Below, piece by piece: positions 34,880 to 41,805 of a stretch of 64,000 nucleotides of DNA (the stretch's first letter is position 1; each line of letters begins with the position of its first letter). The DNA is from Thermoplasmata archaeon (lineage in GTDB: Archaea; Thermoplasmatota; Thermoplasmata; Methanomassiliicoccales; Methanomethylophilaceae). The translations under genes and the position numbers were made by a program. The stretch covers positions 36,517 through 100,516 of the forward strand of contig SUSZ01000002.1 in assembly GCA_015063165.1 (NCBI GenBank). The letters are read 5' to 3'. The notes below the pieces were generated by a model, which had not been told where the DNA came from, made no database searches, and worked only from the letters and a program-made list of their open reading frames with translations.

Positions 34880-35209
34880 TCATGTCCCGATGTGTGATGT
34901 TATCACCACATAGTAGTAAAACCCTAACGCATGGATTTTTTTTGAAAGAATGTCACATTCGGAATGCTTTTTCAAGATGATCTCGGACACTCCTTTCCCA
35001 TTGATTCCGAGGGCAATCCATGCTGGCCCTTTATCCAGAGGCTCCGAGACGTATCCTTCTGAAACCATCTGCTTCAGGTCGTGGTGTCCGAGGAACTCGG
35101 CCAAGGGGCATCTCTCATGCTCTTCCCGAAGCACCTCGGGGGGTGTAGGGGTACCGCCCACAAGCCTTCTGAAGTAGAGCATTCCGTCGGTACTGATACG
35201 TGCATACAC
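34880..35209 (-). CDS. doubtful small ORF abutting the NRPS start
   Basis: 109 codons with a GTG start. Its TGA stop lies 4 nt before the NRPS ATG. The segment ...LKQMVSEGYVSEPLDKGPAWIALGINGKG looks loosely winged-helix-like. The region is AT-rich, with a T8 run inside and a T9 run just upstream, so this could be a degraded gene or only leader sequence. Confidence 0.25.
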   Translation of the reverse strand: MYARISTDGMLYFRRLVGGTPTPPEVLREEHERCPLAEFLGHHDLKQMVSEGYVSEPLDKGPAWIALGINGKGVSEIILKKHSECDILSKKIHALGFYYYVVITSHIGT

Positions 35210-35286
35210 GTTTTTTTTTGAGCCTTAGAGAGGTGTTCGTCATTCTTGCGACAGGGTCTCCGATGTCTGACGTAATAATAGTTCCT

Positions 35287-35316
35287 GGAAAAAATTAGGA
35301 AATATGAATTTTTTCC
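35287..35316. promoter_or_regulatory. perfect 10-bp inverted repeat in the divergent NRPS/ATPase intergenic region
   Basis: GGAAAAAATT (35287-35296), a 10-nt spacer, then AATTTTTTCC (35307-35316). Flanking CCTGG on both sides. Confidence 0.6.
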
Positions 35317-35389
35317 TGGGAATAAATTAACAATATACCAACTTTTATACAAAATTAATTTATACTAATTCGTTTGATATAAATATGTC

Positions 35390-36769
35390 ATGGAAAGGAA
35401 GATAATGCGGGATCTGAAGCTCTGGAAGGAGGGCGGAAGGAGAGAAGCCCTTCTGATCAAAGGCGCAAGGCAGGTGGGGAAGACGTACGTCGTAGACGAG
35501 TTCCTGTATTCTGAATTCCCGGTCTTTTTGAAGATAGATTTCCACGAGCGTCCGGATCTCAAGGGAATATTCGAAGGGGACCTTTCCGCGGATTCGCTGA
35601 TATCCAAGATGGAGCTTATGGTTCCCGGGTTCAGGATGGTGCCTTTCCAGACTGCTATATTCTTGGACGAGATACAGTTCTGTTCCAACGCCAGGGTCTC
35701 CTTGAAATATCTGGCATCGGACGAGCGCATACGCGTGATAGCTTCGGGCTCCCTTCTGGGGTTGAACTATTCCAAGGTCGATTCCTATCCTGTGGGATAT
35801 GAGAGGACCATAGTCCTTCATCCGATGGATTTCGAGGAGTTCCTGTGGGCCGTAGGCATAGAGAAGGAGGCTATCGATTCCATGAGGGCCCGTATATCGG
35901 AGCGGAAGCCGCTGGGAAAAGCATTGGTGGATGCAATGGAGTCCTATTACCGCATCTACGTGGCCGTAGGCGGGATGCCCGAAGCGGTATCCGAGTATCT
36001 GAAGTCAAACGACTACCGTGCAGCCAGGGAGGTCCAGAAGAAGATCGTCGAGGGGTATCGCAACGACATCGGCAAGTACTCCCATGCGAAAGACCGCAAC
36101 CGTATCTTCGCCGTTTTCGATTCGGTCCCGTCGCAGCTGTCGAGGGAGAACAAGAAGTTCATGTACTCGAAGGTCGGCGGAACCAAGCCTGCGACGTACG
36201 ATTCCTATGCTGCGGCCCTGCAATGGCTCACGGATGCGGGCGTCTGTCTGAAGTGCGTTCGTCTTAACGATCCGAATCTTCCGTTAGAGACGGGAGCCGA
36301 TCCGGAGGCCTTCAAGCTGTATATCAACGACACCGGCCTTCTGGCATCCATGATGTCCGAGGATGTGGCGCATGCCATCCTCACGGGAGACGTTCGTACG
36401 AACAAGGGCTCCGTGATCGAGAACGCGGTGGCTTCAGCGTTGGAGTCCAAGGGGCATAGGCTCTATTACTTTTCCAGCAAGAACTTCGAAATAGATTTCA
36501 TCACGGTGATGAGAGGAGCCGTCGCGGCGATCGAGGTGAAGTCCGGAAACAACCGGAGGTCGAAGTCCTTGGACTCCATGAAGGATAAGTATGGGACGAA
36601 ACGCAGGATGAAGTTCGAGATCACTGACATAGCGGTCACGGAGGACGGGGTCGAGCATTATCCCCTGTTCTGCTGCCAGTTCCTGGACAGCCTCTACGAA
36701 CCATACGGCACGGTCTCAGGGATGCCCGACGCGGGAGAGGTCAACGATCTGCTGAGGAAGGCGTCTTGA
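35390..36769 (+). CDS. COG1373-type AAA ATPase with DUF4143-like C-terminal domain (paralog 2)
   Basis: 459 aa. Walker A GARQVGKTY, Walker B FLDEIQ. C-terminal EIDFITVMRGAVAAIEVKSG. Confidence 0.85.
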   Translation: MERKIMRDLKLWKEGGRREALLIKGARQVGKTYVVDEFLYSEFPVFLKIDFHERPDLKGIFEGDLSADSLISKMELMVPGFRMVPFQTAIFLDEIQFCSNARVSLKYLASDERIRVIASGSLLGLNYSKVDSYPVGYERTIVLHPMDFEEFLWAVGIEKEAIDSMRARISERKPLGKALVDAMESYYRIYVAVGGMPEAVSEYLKSNDYRAAREVQKKIVEGYRNDIGKYSHAKDRNRIFAVFDSVPSQLSRENKKFMYSKVGGTKPATYDSYAAALQWLTDAGVCLKCVRLNDPNLPLETGADPEAFKLYINDTGLLASMMSEDVAHAILTGDVRTNKGSVIENAVASALESKGHRLYYFSSKNFEIDFITVMRGAVAAIEVKSGNNRRSKSLDSMKDKYGTKRRMKFEITDIAVTEDGVEHYPLFCCQFLDSLYEPYGTVSGMPDAGEVNDLLRKAS

Positions 36770-36810
36770 GGATGTCCGTCCGGTTCTTTGCGGATGGATG
36801 GCGGATCCGC

Positions 36811-36854
36811 TGACCCTACCAATATCCTACCAATACATTACCAATTTGGTAGGG
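36811..36854. repeat. CCTACCAAT-unit repeat cluster upstream of Fic (left direct repeat plus palindrome)
   Basis: The sequence is TGACCCTACCAATATCCTACCAATACATTACCAATTTGGTAGGG. It has three direct (C/T)TACCAAT units. The last unit forms the palindrome TACCAA-T-TTGGTA (36839-36851). Confidence 0.9.
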
Positions 36855-36883
36855 TATTTCTATCTTGAGAGCGTTGCAATACC

Positions 36884-38158
36884 ATGCATCTACCCAAGAA
36901 CCCTCCCGATATCTTCGCGATGTTCAAAGATGAGTCTAGAACAGAGGCCACTCTTTCGGAAGGTGTCGGTGAGTATGCGAGGGAGTTCAACAGGAAGTAT
37001 CTTCATTGGTCGGAGGTCCGCATGAGGGACACCGGGCCTTATGATCCAGATATGGTCTGGGCCAGGATGAAGCTGCCGCGCATGGACGGACCGGTTCTGG
37101 TGTTCGGTAGAACGCATTATCGCTATTTCGTGTCAGATAGAATACTAAAAGGGCTCCATGAGTTCGATCTGAGGGCTTCGGCAGGGGTTCTTCCGGATAA
37201 TTTGGATTTCCATAGGAAGGTGTATTATGCGGTCAGCTCATTGATGGAGGAGTCGATAGCTTCCAGCCAGATGGAAGGCGCTGTCACCACGACGAAGAAA
37301 GCCAAGGAGATGCTCCGCAGGAACGCCCGCCCCAGAGACAGATCCGAGCGCATGATAACGAACAACTACAAGGCCATGCAGTTCATCAAGGACAACCTGG
37401 ATCAAGATCTCACCCCCGAGCTGATAAAGGACATCCACAGGATCGTCACCGACGGCACGCTGGACGAGAGGTTCACGGGCAGGTTCCGGGACAACGATGA
37501 CGTAGTGGTGCAGGATCCGTTGACGGGCGAGGTTTTCCATCAGCCTGTTCCTGTAAAGGATATCGAAGAGTCTATTGAGGGATTATGCGAATTCATGAAC
37601 GACGAGAGCGAGTTCATGCATCCGGTTCTGAAGGGGATCGTGTTTCATTACGTGTTGGCATACGTCCATCCTTTCGAGGACGGCAACGGGCGTGTCGCAC
37701 GCAGCCTGTTCTACTGGTACGAGCTGAAGAGCGGGTACTGGATCATGGAATATCTCGCCCTTTCCAAAATCATTAAAGATCACAAGGGGAAATACGAGGA
37801 GGCGTTCGTATTCGGCGAGACCGATGACAACGATATGACGTATTTCGTTCTCTACAACCTCAAAGCCCTGACGGATTCTATGGACCTGTTCGAGGGATAT
37901 CTGAGGAGAAAGATGGAGGATGAGCGCTCCAAGAGGGACAGGCTGTCCGTTCTAGGTCTGAACGACAGGCAGATCGGTATCGTCATGAGCCTCATGGATG
38001 GCGAGACGGCCACGGTTAGGTCGGTCCAGAATCAATATGGCGTGGCGCTTAACACGTCCCGGTCCGACATCAAGGGATTGAAGGACATGGGCCTGATAGT
38101 TGAATCGGGAAGGGACGTGAACATGAAGGTTTATTCCTGGTCAGGCAAGAGCGTCTGA
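36884..38158 (+). CDS. Fic-family protein (AMPylase-type) with N-terminal inhibitory motif and C-terminal winged-helix-like domain
   Basis: 424 aa. Fic motif HPFEDGNGRVARSLFYW. An SxxxEG inhibitory-helix motif (SSQMEGA) lies upstream. The C-terminal ~70 aa are HTH-like. Confidence 0.9.
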   Translation: MHLPKNPPDIFAMFKDESRTEATLSEGVGEYAREFNRKYLHWSEVRMRDTGPYDPDMVWARMKLPRMDGPVLVFGRTHYRYFVSDRILKGLHEFDLRASAGVLPDNLDFHRKVYYAVSSLMEESIASSQMEGAVTTTKKAKEMLRRNARPRDRSERMITNNYKAMQFIKDNLDQDLTPELIKDIHRIVTDGTLDERFTGRFRDNDDVVVQDPLTGEVFHQPVPVKDIEESIEGLCEFMNDESEFMHPVLKGIVFHYVLAYVHPFEDGNGRVARSLFYWYELKSGYWIMEYLALSKIIKDHKGKYEEAFVFGETDDNDMTYFVLYNLKALTDSMDLFEGYLRRKMEDERSKRDRLSVLGLNDRQIGIVMSLMDGETATVRSVQNQYGVALNTSRSDIKGLKDMGLIVESGRDVNMKVYSWSGKSV

Positions 38159-38165
38159 CGTGCAA

Positions 38166-38189
38166 TGACCCTACCAATACCCTACCAAT
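38166..38189. repeat. right direct repeat flanking Fic
   Basis: TGACCCTACCAATACCCTACCAAT is 23/24 identical to 36811-36834. It starts 8 nt after the Fic stop codon. Confidence 0.9.
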
Positions 38190-38702
38190 GCCTTGTTGAT
38201 TCGGCCGGGTGTCAACCTATACGAATAGCAGTCCTAGGCCGAAGGGGTTCGGACGGACTATCGTCGTAGAGCATGGTCATCCGAAACAGAGGCGTTCGCA
38301 GGGCTGTGAGAAGGTGAGGAAGATCGGCTCGGGGGCGTTCTCTCCGGCATCGTCTTCATGTCGATCGGCGGAAGCGAGCTCTTTCAGACGTCCAAGAACC
38401 TCTTCGGGAAGGCCTTCGAGGGCTCCGACGGGGTCCTCCGGGAGCTCTGAGAGAAACAGGGCCGTCGGCATCCCGGCGGCTCTCCTTACTCTATCTGGAC
38501 GCTATAAACTATGTGATGCGTTGATTAAAGGATCACGGCAATACTTATTAAATAAAGTCTAAACGATTCAATAGAAAAAAGTGAAAGTTGGATGGAAGTG
38601 ACATGCACTTGATAAATCCTGGATGTGGTCACAACCTTCCACTTTAATGCGGATGGCAGTATAGTGCTGCTCTATCTCAAAGTCGATCATGGAGGATATG
38701 CA

Positions 38703-40370
38703 ATGCGTTACGGAAGCATCGTCCTAGGCGTCATAGCGATCCTGGCACTCCTCGCACCCGCTGTCGTCCTCTCCGATGACAGCTCCGCCGCTGCATGCGA
38801 CGACATCAAGGTGTACATCGAGGAAGCCGACGGAAGCTATGAGATGTCGGTCGTGAGCGGAGTCACCACCGTCAAGGGGCTCATCGAAGCCGCTGTCGCC
38901 GACCAGGGCAAGACAATAGAATACAACTCGAAAGGGAACGTCAGGTCCGTCGACGGCCTCCTGGGTGACGACGACCACAGCTGGAGGGTGCACCAGTGGC
39001 TCCCTCTGGGAACGTCCGGCTGGGGCTTGATGGCCTTCAACGGCGTATCCGATATGATGGTGATATCAGGGGCCACCTACTGCCTCCATCTGTCCACCAT
39101 GTCGTCCCAGGACGGCACTATAGTGTATTCAGCTCCCGACTTCAAGCCCGAGGCGGACGGGTATGTGTTCATCAGGTTCGCTAACGGATTCTCTCCCGAC
39201 ACCCCGGAGGTCCAGGAGGCGTTCACCGCCGACGTCAGGAAAGAAGGGTTCTGGCTCAAGGGACATGGGGCAACCATGGCCGAGGTTCTCAAGGACGCCA
39301 TAGACTCGAACGGATTCCAGATCGAGCTCACATACGGCACGGACTCCAACGGCAACGAGCTGCAGGGATGGGTCACCGACATGTTCGGCCTGGGCGACGT
39401 TCTTCTCGGCGATGACACATGGTCCTACTGGAGCCAGTGGACCTGGGTAGACCATGAGTGGTACTATAATGACTGGACGCTCGGATTCTACGACCCTGCC
39501 GTCTACAAGTACGTCGAATGCATCTATCTGATCTCGACCCCCGATCCTTACGCTGAGGGATTCGTCATAGACAAGGGAGGCCCTGAGCCCAATCCCGACG
39601 TGGATGAGATCGTCTGTATCAGCAGCAACCCCGTGGTCACGTTCAAGCTGGAGGACGGCACCGTTGTCGATACCCAATACCTCAGTTACGGCGACAGGAT
39701 CACATCCGTCCCCGAGGCTCCTGAGCAAGCCGGAAAGATCTTCGTCGGATGGGGCGACGTCACGGCACCGATTGTCAGCGACACGACCTTCATCGCTGAA
39801 TACAAGGCCGTAGCCACCTATATGGTACGCTACTACGACGAGTCCAAGATCGTCGCCCTCTATGCGGAATCCGTTCCCAGCGGCTCTGCATCCGTTTACA
39901 AGGGAACGACCCCTTACAAGGCTCCGACCGAGGGATACACCTACGAGTTCATCGGATGGAGCGCTGACACCTCGAACGTGACCAGCGACATGGACGTCAC
40001 CGCGGTTTTCAAGGCGATACCCACAACCCACGACCACGTATGGGATGAGGGAAAGGTCACCAAGCAGCCTACCTGCAAGGAGACCGGCATCAAGACGTAC
40101 ACATGCACCACCTGCGGCGATACCAGGACCGAGTCCATCCCCACGACAGACCATGTCTGGTCCAGCTGGAAGGTCGTCAAGGAGGCGACCGCCGACCAGG
40201 CAGGTCAGGAGGAGCGCACATGTTCCGTCTGCGGAGAGGTCGAGACCAGGGAGATTCCCGCAACGGGGGGCTCTCTTGATGTCACCATGATCACGATGAC
40301 CGTCTCGGCTATCATACTGGGGCTGGTCCTGTTCGTGTTCGGATTATACATGGTGAGGAAGAAGCAGTGA
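38703..40370 (+). CDS. secreted, C-terminally membrane-anchored surface protein: DUF4430-like N-domain + Flg_new (Listeria-Bacteroides) repeats + Cys-rich repeats
   Basis: Start at MRYGSIVLGVIAILALLAPAVVL (GGAGGA 8 nt upstream). The track ORF starts earlier at a GTG. Repeats of the type VTFKLEDGTVVDTQ...FVGWGD...DTTFIAEYK. Duplicated HVW...TC..CG motifs. C-terminal TM helix plus a basic tail. Confidence 0.75.
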   Translation: MRYGSIVLGVIAILALLAPAVVLSDDSSAAACDDIKVYIEEADGSYEMSVVSGVTTVKGLIEAAVADQGKTIEYNSKGNVRSVDGLLGDDDHSWRVHQWLPLGTSGWGLMAFNGVSDMMVISGATYCLHLSTMSSQDGTIVYSAPDFKPEADGYVFIRFANGFSPDTPEVQEAFTADVRKEGFWLKGHGATMAEVLKDAIDSNGFQIELTYGTDSNGNELQGWVTDMFGLGDVLLGDDTWSYWSQWTWVDHEWYYNDWTLGFYDPAVYKYVECIYLISTPDPYAEGFVIDKGGPEPNPDVDEIVCISSNPVVTFKLEDGTVVDTQYLSYGDRITSVPEAPEQAGKIFVGWGDVTAPIVSDTTFIAEYKAVATYMVRYYDESKIVALYAESVPSGSASVYKGTTPYKAPTEGYTYEFIGWSADTSNVTSDMDVTAVFKAIPTTHDHVWDEGKVTKQPTCKETGIKTYTCTTCGDTRTESIPTTDHVWSSWKVVKEATADQAGQEERTCSVCGEVETREIPATGGSLDVTMITMTVSAIILGLVLFVFGLYMVRKKQ

Positions 40371-40383
40371 TGGAAGCCTTCGG

Positions 40384-41805
40384 ATGAAAGCGTCAACGAT
40401 TAAGCTGGTCGCCGCTGCGCTGATAGCGACTTTCGTGGTGGCTTCGATACCGTTCATAGGGTTCACAGTGGACACTCTGGACGAGAAGCAGGGCGTGATG
40501 ATAGATTTCGCCTATTACAACGTCGACTGGGTGGAGATGGACCTCGACGGGATGACCGGAGACGAGGCCCTGAAGGCCGCCTGCGAGAAGCGCGGATACA
40601 AGTTGGAATACGATGACGACGGCTCCGTCTACTCCGTGAACAACACCCCAAGGCTGATAAGCGTCAGCTGGGGCCTCTACGTGCTGGACGGATACGGAGC
40701 CAGCACGACATGGAAGAAGGTTGAGGACCCGGCGTCCTTCGACGTCTCCGACCAGATGATAATCTCCTGGGCCAGAGCGGGCGAGGGCAGCAGCATGATG
40801 CCCGCGGTGGACGCCACCGGCTTCACCTATTACAGCTATGCGAACGAAGGCGTCAACCAGTACGGCGAGAAGCTCAAGATCGCCACCCTGGCCCCATCGG
40901 TGGCCGAGACGGTGGCCGCGGTCGGAGGGCTTCCGTACATCGTGGCGACCGACAGGTACTGCGACTACCCTCACAGCCTCGTCGAGAGGCAGAACAAGGG
41001 CGAGGTCAGGATCGTCGGAGGGTTCACCGACCCCAACTTCGAGCTCATCGTGGCCGAGAATCCCGACATAGTCTTCCTGGACGGGGGCACAGGCGAGCAT
41101 GTCACCATGGCGGACAAGCTCCGCAAGGCCGGCGTGAACTGCGTTGTCCTCTATGCGGCCCAGAGTACCGACGACCTTCTGAAGAACCTGTGGATCTGCG
41201 CCTCCGCATTGGGGTTCCCCCAGACCGGGAACGCTTACATCAAGGACGTGAACGAGGCTATCAACAACATCTGCAGGATAGCAGACCTGAGCGGCAAGAA
41301 GGTGTTCGTCTCGCTAGGAGCCAGCGACTCCCCGTACACCGCCGGTGGGAACACCTATGTGACCAATATGATCGAGTCCCTCGGGGCGGTGAACATATTC
41401 GCGGCCGACTCTGACTCATGGTTCATGGTCGACAAGGAAGCCGTCTACGACAAGCAGCCGGAGATAATCATAATCATCTACGACATCAAGGAGATAACCT
41501 CCCAGAGGGAGTACAGGGCCCTTTTGACGGACCTGAACGATATGTGGAAGGAGACCCCGGCTTACCAGAACGGGGAGGTCTACGTGTTCTCCGGAGATGC
41601 GGCCAGCCTTCTTTCGAGACCGGGAGCCAGGCTTCAGGAGTCTCTGGAGCTCCTGGCGAAGATAATGGATCCCGAGTCCTTCGAGGCCGCGGACCCCACC
41701 GATGTGGTCGGTGTGAAATACTACAACAACAGCTACAACGACGGCGACAACGGATATCTGACGTACGTCAAGGCGCAGGGGTTATTGGAATGGCAAAGAG
41801 ACTGA
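40384..41805 (+). CDS. ABC-importer substrate-binding protein (BtuF/FepB-like Peripla_BP_2) with extra N-terminal DUF4430-like module
   Basis: 473 aa. N-terminal TM/signal. KIATLAPSVAETVAAVGGLPYIVATDRYCDYP...PNFELIVAENPDIVFL is typical of class III binding proteins. Confidence 0.8.
   Translation: MKASTIKLVAAALIATFVVASIPFIGFTVDTLDEKQGVMIDFAYYNVDWVEMDLDGMTGDEALKAACEKRGYKLEYDDDGSVYSVNNTPRLISVSWGLYVLDGYGASTTWKKVEDPASFDVSDQMIISWARAGEGSSMMPAVDATGFTYYSYANEGVNQYGEKLKIATLAPSVAETVAAVGGLPYIVATDRYCDYPHSLVERQNKGEVRIVGGFTDPNFELIVAENPDIVFLDGGTGEHVTMADKLRKAGVNCVVLYAAQSTDDLLKNLWICASALGFPQTGNAYIKDVNEAINNICRIADLSGKKVFVSLGASDSPYTAGGNTYVTNMIESLGAVNIFAADSDSWFMVDKEAVYDKQPEIIIIIYDIKEITSQREYRALLTDLNDMWKETPAYQNGEVYVFSGDAASLLSRPGARLQESLELLAKIMDPESFEAADPTDVVGVKYYNNSYNDGDNGYLTYVKAQGLLEWQRD

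Noticed and set aside
26245-34980. Very long + strand ORFs (1086 aa at 26245-29505, 871 aa at 32365-34980, 322 aa at 30796-31764) opposite the NRPS gene
   Set aside because: Their translations are low-complexity (V/G/L/D/H/R-rich) with no motifs. They mirror the codon phase of the strongly supported minus-strand NRPS. These are antisense shadow ORFs, typical of GC3-rich DNA. The same reasoning applies to 1032-2738, 2822-4111, 3895-5172, 6686-8332, 13238-15028, 39129-40154, 46344-47609 and 54817-56685.
38209-38562. 117-aa GTG-initiated ORF downstream of Fic
   Set aside because: Its composition is R/S/P/G-rich, with no ribosome-binding site and no motif. The region is more likely the spacer and promoter of the surface/ABC operon.
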